A stretch of DNA of 64,000 bases from Longimicrobiales bacterium (GTDB lineage Bacteria; Gemmatimonadota; Gemmatimonadetes; Longimicrobiales; Gaopeijiaceae). This document shows positions 47,488 to 56,612 of the stretch, piece after piece; position 1 is the stretch's first letter; each line of letters opens with the position of its first letter. The DNA lies in NCBI GenBank assembly GCA_965206505.1, contig CBDBJW010000005.1:567596-631595 (forward strand), written 5' to 3'. Under the pieces are notes generated by a model, which was not told where the DNA came from, ran no database searches, and was given only the letters and a program-made list of their open reading frames with translations. The position numbers were made by a program, and so were the translations under genes.

Positions 47488-49274
47488 GAGCGGTGAGCTT
47501 GAAGCTCGTGGGGGTGTTGAGCCTCACCGCGCTGGCTCTTCACCTGTTCGCCGACGTGGCCTGGGCGCAGGATATCGCCGGCCGAGACTACGGGGATTTC
47601 CCCGTGATCGGGGGGCGCACGGCCGTCTGGATCGCAGCCCAGGTCCACCTTCTCTTCGCGGCCTTCGTGCTCGGCGTGCCCATGTTCGCGGTGGTCGCCG
47701 AGGGCTACGGCATGTGGGGCGGTGGCTCGAATTATGATAAGCTCGCGAAGGAGTTCACGCGGCTGTTGCTCGTGGCGTACTCCGCAACGGCGATCTGGGG
47801 AGCCATCCTCTCCTTCCTCCTCATCACGATCTTCCCCAACCTGTGGATCTACCTTGCTGAGATCTTCGAGGTCTCCATGTGGCTCTACGTGGGACTCTTC
47901 TTCTTCGAGTCGTTCACCCTCTATCTGTACTACTACGGCTGGGATCGCTGGAACCAGGGGCGGGCCAAGCTGGGCCACTTGACGTTGGGGATTTTGCTGA
48001 ACGTCTTTGGCACGGTGGTGATGCTCATCGCCAACTCGTGGCTCACATACATGATGAGCCCGCCGGCGGAGGTGACTGCCGACACCGCGCCTGGAATGGT
48101 CCCACTGTGGAACGCCATCGCGAACGCGACCTGGATGCCCATCAACATCCATCGGGTCATCGCCAACCTCGTGTTCGGCGGTGCGATCGTGGGCGCCTAT
48201 GCGGCCTACCGCTTTCTAATGGCGAGGACGGACGAAGAGCGCGCTCATTACGACTGGATGGGCTACGTCGGAAACCTGATCGCGATCGGCTGGCTTATCG
48301 TCCTGCCCTTCGCCGGTTACTACCTGGGCCGAGAGCTCTACGAGTTCAGCCCGCAGATGGGCAACACCCTCATGGGCGGATTCATGAGCTGGCTTTGGAT
48401 CATCCAGGCCTTTTTGATCGGAGTGCTGTTTCTGGCGGGCAACTATTACTTGTGGGTCGGCATGGGACGCATCCCGGGAGCCGAGCGGTTCACGCCCTAC
48501 ACGAAATACATGCTGGTCGTGCTCGTGATAGGCGTCATGGTGTGGGCGACGCCGCACACGATGATCGCCAGCCGGGAAGAGGTCGACGCCATGGGCGGGG
48601 TGTACCACCCGTTCCTGGGTGTCCTTGGCGTCATGAGCGCCAAGAACACGGCCGTGAATATCATGATCTTGACGACGATCCTCTCGTTCCTGCTCTACGG
48701 GCGCGCGAACAAGAACCCGACAGTTCCGTGGGCTAGGACGGGCACGATGGTGCAGGCGGCTCTGTTCCTGATCGCCGCGATCATCGTGATGTTTTACGGC
48801 GTATACGGCTACTTCGTCGACGCGATCACACGGGTCGGTTTCTCGGTCTGGCAGGTACTGGCGGTGCTGGTGACCATCGTGGGCGTGGGCATCATTCACC
48901 TGTTCATGATGCGCGGCGCGGAGTCGCGCGGTGACATCCGGTGGGGTCAGATGCCCCCTCGTTCCCAATACGCGCTCTTCATCTTGGCCGTCACGTTCAC
49001 ATGGCTGATGGGTCTCATGGGCTTCGCCCGGAGCGGCATCCGCCAGCACTGGCATGTGTGGGAGGTCGTGCGAGACACGAGCGAGTGGGCGTCGACGCCT
49101 GCGCTCGGCTACGCCGCCCTCGTGATCTCCGCCTGCGTGTTGATCTTCTTCACGCTCGTGGCGTTCATTTTCTGGCTCGGTGGGCTAGCCGAGAAGCCGT
49201 TCGCCCCACAGGCGAGAACGGACGCCTCCCCGTCCACTGGAGGGCCGGAGCTCGCTCCGGCCGCGGGCGACTGA
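47484..49274 (+). CDS. cytochrome bd subunit I (CydA)-like membrane protein, non-canonical (no Q-loop, N-terminal signal-like peptide, no cydB partner)
   Basis: AAQVHLLFAAFVLGVPMF (His19-type context), WLYVGLFFFESFTLYLYYYGWDRW (compare FFLESTF..GWDR), LNVFGTVVMLIANSWLTYMMSPP (compare ANSWMQ.P) and INIHRVIANLVFGGAIVGAYAAYRFL (His186-type context). 596 aa and hydrophobic to the end. ATGA coupling to the radical SAM gene. Confidence 0.7.
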   Translation: MRAVSLKLVGVLSLTALALHLFADVAWAQDIAGRDYGDFPVIGGRTAVWIAAQVHLLFAAFVLGVPMFAVVAEGYGMWGGGSNYDKLAKEFTRLLLVAYSATAIWGAILSFLLITIFPNLWIYLAEIFEVSMWLYVGLFFFESFTLYLYYYGWDRWNQGRAKLGHLTLGILLNVFGTVVMLIANSWLTYMMSPPAEVTADTAPGMVPLWNAIANATWMPINIHRVIANLVFGGAIVGAYAAYRFLMARTDEERAHYDWMGYVGNLIAIGWLIVLPFAGYYLGRELYEFSPQMGNTLMGGFMSWLWIIQAFLIGVLFLAGNYYLWVGMGRIPGAERFTPYTKYMLVVLVIGVMVWATPHTMIASREEVDAMGGVYHPFLGVLGVMSAKNTAVNIMILTTILSFLLYGRANKNPTVPWARTGTMVQAALFLIAAIIVMFYGVYGYFVDAITRVGFSVWQVLAVLVTIVGVGIIHLFMMRGAESRGDIRWGQMPPRSQYALFILAVTFTWLMGLMGFARSGIRQHWHVWEVVRDTSEWASTPALGYAALVISACVLIFFTLVAFIFWLGGLAEKPFAPQARTDASPSTGGPELAPAAGD

Positions 49275-50695
49275 TGCAGGATTCCACAGTGGGCCTCCTG
49301 GCCTCCTTCGATTACGTAGACTCGGCCGTGAATGCCATCGACGAGTTAAGGGCAGCCGGCCTCAAGAAGATCACCGCGTACATGCCGTATCCCGAGGCCC
49401 AAATCGAGGAGGCGCTCGGGTACGATCAGAGCCCTGTCAGGGTGTGGGCGTTGGCGGGTGGGCTTTTGGGCGCCGGCGGCGGATTGGCTCTCACGTCCTT
49501 TACCTCGATGGATTGGCCGTTGGTCACGGGTGGCAAGCCGATCCTCTCGATTCCCGCCTATGTGATCATCACGTTCGAGATGATGGTCTTGTTCGGCGCG
49601 TTGTCCACCGTGATCGGGCTCTTCATCAATAGCCGCCTTCCCTATGTCAAACCGATGGTCGTCTATGATCCGGAGTTCAGCGCTGGGAAGTTCGGGGTCT
49701 ATGTGACGGTAGCGGCTGATCGCCTCGATCGAGCCAGGGGCATCCTGAGGGGCCAGGACCCGGCTGAAATCCGGGAAGATCCTGTGGGGGTTACTCACGC
49801 TGTCCCCCGACTCGACCCGGGATCCGACGTCCGGGAAGAGCCTGTGGGGGTGGGGGCAGGCGCGGCGCATGCGGCGTCCGGATTCGATTCGGGATCTGAG
49901 GCTCGCGAGATGCTGATGGAAAACCTCAAGATCTTCGCGGTCGTCATCGGCACGCTTGGCACCTTCACGCTCGTGGCCAATATCATTCCGCAGTTACAGT
50001 CGGAGGTGCCTGCGGAACTCGTCTTCGGAGCCGACGTGAGCCCCGAGGAGCTGACGTTGTCCGGGCAGATCCTCTTCGAAGGGGCCGCAGGTTGTGTGGC
50101 CTGTCACGGGCTGGGCGAGAGGGCTCCGAACCTTCTGACGGACCACGAGGCCACGGGCACAATCGGCGTACGGTGCGCGAATCGCGTGCCCAGCCAGGAT
50201 TGCAAGGCGTACCTCTACGCCTCGCTGATCGACCCGACAACGTACCTCGTGGACGGCTTCGCAGCGCTCATGACGGACTACCGTGCGCAGCTCTCGAACG
50301 CGCAGATCTGGGCGCTCGTGGCCTACCTGCAGTCCGAGGGCGGCGAGGTGACCGTAACGGGCGCAGACATCATCGAGACCGGCGGTTTTACGAGTTCTGC
50401 CGCCGCCCCGGCGGGACCTCTCACGGCGTCCATGGATCCCGTCGAGATCGTGACAGCCCTTGGGTGCCTCGGCTGCCACGTATTCGACGGAGGGGGAGCC
50501 CCGATGGGTCCCCCGTTCGACGGGATCGGCACACGCATAGATGCCGACTATATCCGCGAGTCGATCCTGGATCCGACCGCCAGCGCCTCGGAGGGTTTCG
50601 AGCAATTCCTGGGCGCAATGCCTCCGATCTTCGGTAGCCAACTCAACGGGAGTCAGTTGGAAGCCGTGGTACAGTTCCTGGCCAACCAACGCTAA
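49274..50695 (+). CDS. ActD-like (DUF3341) membrane domain fused to a dihaem cytochrome c
   Basis: N-terminus GLLASFDYVDSAVNAIDELRAAG...GGLLGAGGGLALTSFTSMDWPLVTGGKPILSIPAYVIITFEMMVLFGAL matches the alternative complex III ActD/DUF3341 pattern. This is followed by an acidic repeat linker, a TM helix and two CXXCH motifs (CVACH, CLGCH). Confidence 0.7.
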   Translation: MQDSTVGLLASFDYVDSAVNAIDELRAAGLKKITAYMPYPEAQIEEALGYDQSPVRVWALAGGLLGAGGGLALTSFTSMDWPLVTGGKPILSIPAYVIITFEMMVLFGALSTVIGLFINSRLPYVKPMVVYDPEFSAGKFGVYVTVAADRLDRARGILRGQDPAEIREDPVGVTHAVPRLDPGSDVREEPVGVGAGAAHAASGFDSGSEAREMLMENLKIFAVVIGTLGTFTLVANIIPQLQSEVPAELVFGADVSPEELTLSGQILFEGAAGCVACHGLGERAPNLLTDHEATGTIGVRCANRVPSQDCKAYLYASLIDPTTYLVDGFAALMTDYRAQLSNAQIWALVAYLQSEGGEVTVTGADIIETGGFTSSAAAPAGPLTASMDPVEIVTALGCLGCHVFDGGGAPMGPPFDGIGTRIDADYIRESILDPTASASEGFEQFLGAMPPIFGSQLNGSQLEAVVQFLANQR

Positions 50696-50713
50696 GGGGA
50701 GGCGAGACTAGCG

Positions 50714-51514
50714 ATGGGCAAGTACTTCAAGCATCCCTTGGGCCAGGCTGGCCTGGTCCTAGTGGCCTCTTACTTTCTGTTGGAGTACGGGATCGCGTAC
50801 CTCCCGCCTTTGGTCGGCATCGCAAGCGCTCCGGTCCCGAATTCGGTGGTGTTCCAGTTTCTCGTTACCGTGGGCGTGGGGGTCCTCCTCTGGGTCAGCG
50901 ACAACGAAGCCCGTTGGACGGAGTTCAAGGAGCCGATCCACCGCGTGATGGTGGACCCGGACCAGAAGCTGGCTCGGAGCTCGCTGATGGTGCTGGTGCC
51001 GATCCTCGTAGCATTCGCGACGTTCAGTCAGGTAAGACCTTCTGTGGCAGCGCCTTCGAGCCTACGCTCGATTCACCCGTCGGCTCCGAGCCAGTTCGAG
51101 TTTCAGGGATCGATGGTGGAGCTCACCAGCTTGGAGAACCCCCTGCGCTCGAGTGGCTCCTTGGAGGAGCACTATGAAGAAGGGAAGCGCGTCTACTATG
51201 AGAACTGTCTGGCCTGTCATGGTGACGGCCTCGACGGCCGGGGGCATTACGCGCATGGATTCAATCCTGCCCCCCTGAGCTTCCAGGACGTCGGCACCAT
51301 CGCGCAGCTCGTCGAAGCCTTTGTTTTCTGGCGTATCGCGAAGGGGGGACCCGGGCTTCCCAACGAGGGGGGCCCGTGGAACTCGGCCATGCCGGCATGG
51401 GAGGACTTCCTGACTGAAGACGAGATCTGGTCCGTGATCATCTTCTTGTATGAGCAGTCCGGTCATGAACCGCGCACGTTCGAAGAGGAAGGCGGAGAGG
51501 GGGAGGCGGAATGA
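50714..51514 (+). CDS. membrane-anchored monohaem cytochrome c
   Basis: Three N-terminal hydrophobic helices, then YYENCLACHGDGLDG ... MPAW is a class I cytochrome c pattern. Confidence 0.75.
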   Translation: MGKYFKHPLGQAGLVLVASYFLLEYGIAYLPPLVGIASAPVPNSVVFQFLVTVGVGVLLWVSDNEARWTEFKEPIHRVMVDPDQKLARSSLMVLVPILVAFATFSQVRPSVAAPSSLRSIHPSAPSQFEFQGSMVELTSLENPLRSSGSLEEHYEEGKRVYYENCLACHGDGLDGRGHYAHGFNPAPLSFQDVGTIAQLVEAFVFWRIAKGGPGLPNEGGPWNSAMPAWEDFLTEDEIWSVIIFLYEQSGHEPRTFEEEGGEGEAE

Positions 51515-53139
51515 CGGCCGCGATGGGCACGATGAGTGGGCAAGCAGCCGGTATCGCCAGGCAGATGGCCTTGATCGTCCTCCTCTCGGCGGCATCGGCA
51601 CTAGTTGGGGATGGCCTGAGCGCTCAGGACGGGGACGATCTCGGCCAGATCACCTATGACCGTTGGTGTGCCGGCTGCCACGGTGTGGACGGGACGGGCA
51701 ACGGCCCCGCCTCCGGCTACATGCTTCCCCGGCCACGGGACTTCACCGAGGCGCTGTACCAGATTCGGACGACGGCCAGCGGCGAGCTCCCAACGGATGA
51801 GGACATTCGGGCCATAATCGACCGGGGGATGCCGGGTACGACGATGCCGGGCTGGGAGGATCTTCTTTCAAACGACGAGATAGAGGCGCTGGTCGAGTAT
51901 CTCAAGTCGTTTTCCCGGTTCTTCACTCCCGATGCGGTCCCGCAGCCTTTCGACTTCGGTGGCGCCCCGCGGGTCAATGCCGACGTGCTCGCTGAAGGTG
52001 AGGGGCTGTTCCGGGAAGTAGCGGATTGCGCGGCGTGCCATGGGGACGGGGGCCGAGGCGACGGAGAGTCTTCACCGACGCAGGTCGATGACGGGGACTT
52101 TCCGATTCGCGTGGCCGACCTGACCGAGAACTGGCTGTTCAACGGCGGCGGAGAGGTCGAGGACATCTACCGTCGACTGCTGACGGGCCTGGACGGCACG
52201 CCCATGCCGAGCTTGGCCGACGTCGTCACCGCGGGCGTCCTCACCTACGAACAGGTCTGGGCCGTTGCACACTACGTTCGCAGCCTTGCACCCGACGACC
52301 CGCCGGGAATCACCGAGGTTGTCCGGGGTGTTCTCTTCGAGGACGTTCCGCTTCCGTCGTCGGTCGACGACGAAGCGTGGGATGACATCGAGGCCGCCTA
52401 CCTACCGCTCGTCGGACAAATCATCGTGATGCCGCGCTGGTTCGACCCCCGGGTGGACGGTGTCTGGGTGCAGGCCGCGCATGACGGAGAATCCGTGGCA
52501 GTTCGTGTCACCTGGAGCGATCCCAACAGCAGCCCCGATCCTTTGTGGGCCGACTGGAAGTCCTTGGTGATTTCGCTCATGCAGCCGAAGGAGGGAGACC
52601 CCCAGGACGAGGGGCCGACGCCCGATCAACTCGTGGTCCAGTTCCCGATGGAGATGCCGGAGGGCATGGAGCGGCCGTTCTTCCTGAAGGGGGACAACCG
52701 CCGTCCGGTGTATCTGTGGCAGTGGCAGAGTGACCGCGTTAGCGCCCTGGAAGGCGAGGCCGGCGGCGTCGGGACCGAGGCCTTCCAATCGGAGGGGCAA
52801 AACCTTACCGTAGACGCCTCGCATGCGGACGGCCAATGGCAGGTCATGTTCACGAGGCCGCTCGTCACGGACAACGAAGGCGACCTCGATTTCGTGACCG
52901 GTGAGGCCATTCCGATGGCCTTGTTCGCCTGGGATGGAGACAACGGGGAATCCGGCACCAGGGGCGCGGTCAGTTCCTGGTACTTCATGTTCCTCGAGGA
53001 CGCCACTCCCGCCACTGTGTATGTGGCCCCCGCTTTGGCTATGATGTTGACGGCCGCGTTTGGATTCTTGGTGGTAGCCCGCGCCCAGAAGAGGGAGCGG
53101 GAGGGTGGTGAAGTAGAAAGCAAGACACCGTATAGTTGA
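51511..53139 (+). CDS. dihaem cytochrome c fused to an EB_dh-like (ethylbenzene dehydrogenase gamma / DOMON-like haem-binding) domain, C-terminal TM anchor
   Basis: CAGCHGVDGTGNG and CAACHGDGGRGDG. Then VQFPMEMPEGMERPFFLKGDNRRPVYLWQW...LFAWDGDNGESGTRGAVSSWYFMFLE. C-terminal helix VAPALAMMLTAAFGFLVVA. Confidence 0.65.
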   Translation: MTAAMGTMSGQAAGIARQMALIVLLSAASALVGDGLSAQDGDDLGQITYDRWCAGCHGVDGTGNGPASGYMLPRPRDFTEALYQIRTTASGELPTDEDIRAIIDRGMPGTTMPGWEDLLSNDEIEALVEYLKSFSRFFTPDAVPQPFDFGGAPRVNADVLAEGEGLFREVADCAACHGDGGRGDGESSPTQVDDGDFPIRVADLTENWLFNGGGEVEDIYRRLLTGLDGTPMPSLADVVTAGVLTYEQVWAVAHYVRSLAPDDPPGITEVVRGVLFEDVPLPSSVDDEAWDDIEAAYLPLVGQIIVMPRWFDPRVDGVWVQAAHDGESVAVRVTWSDPNSSPDPLWADWKSLVISLMQPKEGDPQDEGPTPDQLVVQFPMEMPEGMERPFFLKGDNRRPVYLWQWQSDRVSALEGEAGGVGTEAFQSEGQNLTVDASHADGQWQVMFTRPLVTDNEGDLDFVTGEAIPMALFAWDGDNGESGTRGAVSSWYFMFLEDATPATVYVAPALAMMLTAAFGFLVVARAQKREREGGEVESKTPYS

Positions 53140-53164
53140 ATCATCTTATCATATCGGAGGCATA

Positions 53165-53944
53165 ATGTCGGATCGATTTGAAATGGGCGGAGTCGTCGCG
53201 CCCATACTCATGCTGCTGGTTATGGCCGGCTGCGGAGGTGGAGACGGAGGTGACGGTGGCGGTGGCGCCGGAGGTGGTGCGGCCGTGGAAAACCCGGTCG
53301 ATGCGGCCACGGCCGGCAACATCGCGGGATCCGTCGTTTTCGAGGGCGCCGTGCCCAGCATGGACGACATCGACATGAGCAGCGAGTCCGCGTGTGCGGC
53401 CAAGCACGCCTCCACGCCGATGGTCCAGGAAGTCGTCGTCAACAGCAATGGTACTCTGGCCAACGTGTTCGTCTACGTGCAGGAAGGGCTGGAGAGCCTC
53501 CAGTTCCCGACACCCGAAGCGGTACTGCTGAACCAGGACGGATGTGTCTACCTCCCGCACGTTTTGGGCGTGATGGCGGGTCAAGACATCACGATCAGGA
53601 ACAGCGACGGGCTGTTGCACAACATCAACGCATCGCCCGACATCAACCGCGGCTTCAACAGCAGCCAGCCCGTCAATATGGAGACCACGCGCAGCTTCGC
53701 GACGGCCGAGGTCATGGTTCCTCTGCGCTGCGACGTCCACGGTTGGATGAACGCTTATGTCGGCGTCCTCGATCACCCGTATCACTCCGTGTCGAACAGC
53801 AGTGGCGCCTTCAACCTGTCGACGCTGCCTCCGGGCGATTACGTGATCGAGGCGTGGCACGAGCGTTACGGAACGCAGACCCAGAACGTGACCGTGACCA
53901 CGGGTCAGACCGCCGAAGTCACGTTCACCTTCAGTGCATCCTAA
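53165..53944 (+). CDS. lipoprotein with cupredoxin-like type-1 copper site and a carboxypeptidase-regulatory-like beta-sandwich
   Basis: Lipobox LVMAGCGG with a Gly-rich tether. Candidate ligands are His in LLHNINASP and C-x2-H-x2-M in LRCDVHGWM (amicyanin-like spacing). C-terminus GAFNLSTLPPGDYVIEAWHERYG. Confidence 0.6.
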   Translation: MSDRFEMGGVVAPILMLLVMAGCGGGDGGDGGGGAGGGAAVENPVDAATAGNIAGSVVFEGAVPSMDDIDMSSESACAAKHASTPMVQEVVVNSNGTLANVFVYVQEGLESLQFPTPEAVLLNQDGCVYLPHVLGVMAGQDITIRNSDGLLHNINASPDINRGFNSSQPVNMETTRSFATAEVMVPLRCDVHGWMNAYVGVLDHPYHSVSNSSGAFNLSTLPPGDYVIEAWHERYGTQTQNVTVTTGQTAEVTFTFSAS

Positions 53945-54042
53945 GTGGCTATGGCGTCGGCCGGTTCGGTCCCTGAACGGACCGGTGGGCGCCTCTCCAT
54001 TACAACTGTAAGACTCACACTCCAGCTCGGGAGACGAGTGGG

Positions 54043-54813
54043 ATGAATTTTTTCTGGCGTACGGGGATGGTGCTGGCCGGCATGCTTACCGTGGTCATTG
54101 TGTTGTGGGTCATAACCGGCCCCTCGTGGCTGGACCTTACCTGGGTGATGCCGGACAACGTCGTGTCGACGTACGGGCAGACTCTAGACGACCTGTGGCT
54201 CGTGATCCTTTGGATCACGGGTATCATCTTCTTCGCCACGGAGATCGTCTTGTTGGTCTTCATGGTGAAGTACCGCCACAGGGAAGGACGTAAAGCGGAG
54301 TACATCCACGGCAGCAACAAGGCCGAGGTTATATGGACGGCGATTCCCTTCGTCATCGTCATGGGTTTGGCCTTCTACTCGAAGGGCATCTGGGACGAGA
54401 TCCGTGATCCCAACCGCATCCCGGCCAACGCATATCCGATCAACATGCTAGCCACTCAGTTCGAGTGGAACGCCACCTATGCGGGCGCCGACGGAGACTT
54501 CGATACGTCGGACGATTTCGTCTCCCTAAACGTACTGCACATTCCGGTCGCTCAACCCGTTGTAGTCCGGTTGATGGCCCAGGACGTGATCCACTCGTTG
54601 TTTCTACCCGAGTTCCGGGTCAAGCAGGACGCGGTGCCCGGCATGATCACCCCGGTCTGGTTCGAGGCGACACAGACAGGTGAGTTTACCCTGGCCTGTG
54701 CCGAGCTCTGCGGGCTCGGGCACTATACGATGGGGGGGACGGTCATCGTCCATTCACAGGCTGATTTTCAAGATTGGCTCGCGGAGCAGCAAGCCGAAGC
54801 GGAGGATGACTGA
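54043..54813 (+). CDS. coxB: cytochrome c oxidase subunit II (CuA, no fused cytochrome c)
   Basis: Two N-terminal TM helices, DVIHSLFLPEF, and the CuA motif CAELCGLGHYTM. Confidence 0.9.
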   Translation: MNFFWRTGMVLAGMLTVVIVLWVITGPSWLDLTWVMPDNVVSTYGQTLDDLWLVILWITGIIFFATEIVLLVFMVKYRHREGRKAEYIHGSNKAEVIWTAIPFVIVMGLAFYSKGIWDEIRDPNRIPANAYPINMLATQFEWNATYAGADGDFDTSDDFVSLNVLHIPVAQPVVVRLMAQDVIHSLFLPEFRVKQDAVPGMITPVWFEATQTGEFTLACAELCGLGHYTMGGTVIVHSQADFQDWLAEQQAEAEDD

Positions 54814-56609
54814 TGAGCACGACCACGGCGACGGAAACACACGCCGGACCCGCTGAGCACCACGAGCTCGGCTTCATCCGGACCTACATTTTCTCTACCG
54901 ATCACAAGATGATCGCGAGACAGTTCCTCTTCAGCGCGCTGATGTTCCTTCTGCTGGGAGGACTGCTCGCGGTCATGGTTCGCTGGCAGCTCGGTTTCCC
55001 GGGACGACCCCTGCCCTCTTTCATACAGTGGATCTTTCCGGACACTATGGCCCCGGGAGGCATCATTTTACCGGAGTTCTACAATTCCCTGGTCACGATG
55101 CACGCCACCTTCATGGTGTTCTTCGCGCTCATGCCGCTCATGGCGGGGGTCTTCGGCAATCTCCTGATCCCCCTCCAGATCGGTGCGGAGGACATGGCGT
55201 TCCCCCGGATCAACATGGTGTCCTTCTGGATCATGCCGGTCGCGGGCGTAATCATGCTGGCGAGCTTCTTCGTCGAGGGAGGCGCCGCGGGAGCAGGCTG
55301 GACGTCTTACGCGCCGCTGAGCGCCTCGGGTGAGTGGACGGGCGTCTACATGGGCCAGATCCTCTGGCTGGTCTCTCTGATCGTCCTTGGATTCTCCTCG
55401 ATCCTGGGCGCTTTGAATTACGTATCGACCGTGATCAACATGCGGGCGCCGGGGATGACGTGGTTCCGGATCCCGCTGGGGACGTGGTCGCTGTTCATCA
55501 CCGCGTGGTTGCTTCTGTTGGCGATCCCGATTCTTACGGGCGGCCTGATTCTGCTCCTCTTCGATCAGACGATCGGAACAGCCTTCTTCCGCCCGGAGGG
55601 CAGCGGCGAGCCTCTCCTCTGGCAGCACATCTTCTGGTTCTTCGGTCACCCTGAAGTGTACATCCTGATTCTTCCCGCGATGGGCTTCGTCTCCGAGGTG
55701 ATCGCATGCCGGTCCCGGAAGCCGATCTTCGGCTACCACTCCATGGTGATCGCCTTGGTGTCCATCGCGTTCTTGTCATGGGTCGTCTGGGGCCACCACA
55801 TGTTCCAGAGCGGCATGAACCCGCTCCTCGGCATGACGTTCGTGGTGACGACCGTCGTGATCGCGGTCCCTTCGGCGATCAAGGTATTCAACTGGCTAGG
55901 AACGCTCTGGCGTGGGAACATCCACTTCGACGCGCCACTCCTGCACGCGGTCGCGTTCGTGTCGCTCTTCATCATCGGAGGGCTGTCGGGGATGTTCATG
56001 GCCGCGGCTCCCGTCGACATCTACATCCACGACACGTATTTCATCGTGGCTCACCTCCACTACGTCCTGGTGGGTGGAAGCCTCTTTGGAATTTTCGCGG
56101 GGATTATCTTTTGGTATCCCAAGATGTTCGGCCGGATGATGCACGAGGGATGGGGCAAGGTGCACTTCTTCCTCTCGTTCCTCTTCTACAACATGGCGTT
56201 CTTCCCGATGCACAACCTGGGTGTGCAGGGGATGATGCGCCGGATCTACGATCCCAACCAGTACGAGTTCCTACAGGGTCTTCAGCCCTTGAATACCTTC
56301 ATCTCGATCAGCGTATTCCTCTTCGCGACTACGCAGATCATTTTCGCGCTCAACTTCTTGTTGAGCCTGCGCTACGGTAAGGAAGCCGGCAACAACCCCT
56401 GGAAGTCCAGCACGCTGTTGTGGACCACTCCGTCTCCGCCGCCGCACGGCAACTTCCCGGTGATGCCCATCGTGTACCGTGGCCCATACGAGTACAGCCA
56501 TCCGGACACCGAAGAGGACTTCTGGCCTCAGGACGCTCCGCCTGCTACCAGCGGGATGGGCGGACAGCCGGCCGCATCCCCGACCCCCGAACCCGTTCCT
56601 GGAGACTGA
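54813..56609 (+). CDS. ctaD: cytochrome c oxidase subunit I (A-family haem-copper oxidase)
   Basis: DHKMIARQF, FFGHPEVYILILP, WGHHMF, HDTYFIVAHLHYVL. TGATG coupling to coxB. Confidence 0.95.
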   Translation: MSTTTATETHAGPAEHHELGFIRTYIFSTDHKMIARQFLFSALMFLLLGGLLAVMVRWQLGFPGRPLPSFIQWIFPDTMAPGGIILPEFYNSLVTMHATFMVFFALMPLMAGVFGNLLIPLQIGAEDMAFPRINMVSFWIMPVAGVIMLASFFVEGGAAGAGWTSYAPLSASGEWTGVYMGQILWLVSLIVLGFSSILGALNYVSTVINMRAPGMTWFRIPLGTWSLFITAWLLLLAIPILTGGLILLLFDQTIGTAFFRPEGSGEPLLWQHIFWFFGHPEVYILILPAMGFVSEVIACRSRKPIFGYHSMVIALVSIAFLSWVVWGHHMFQSGMNPLLGMTFVVTTVVIAVPSAIKVFNWLGTLWRGNIHFDAPLLHAVAFVSLFIIGGLSGMFMAAAPVDIYIHDTYFIVAHLHYVLVGGSLFGIFAGIIFWYPKMFGRMMHEGWGKVHFFLSFLFYNMAFFPMHNLGVQGMMRRIYDPNQYEFLQGLQPLNTFISISVFLFATTQIIFALNFLLSLRYGKEAGNNPWKSSTLLWTTPSPPPHGNFPVMPIVYRGPYEYSHPDTEEDFWPQDAPPATSGMGGQPAASPTPEPVPGD

Positions 56610-56612
56610 CGC

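Noticed and set aside
48941-49273. The N-terminal 111 codons of ORF 48941..50695, and similarly 9916..10161 of ORF 9916..11043.
   Set aside because: These extensions overlap the 3' end of the preceding gene or non-coding DNA in another frame. Homology and RBS signals begin at the internal starts (49274 and 10162 respectively).
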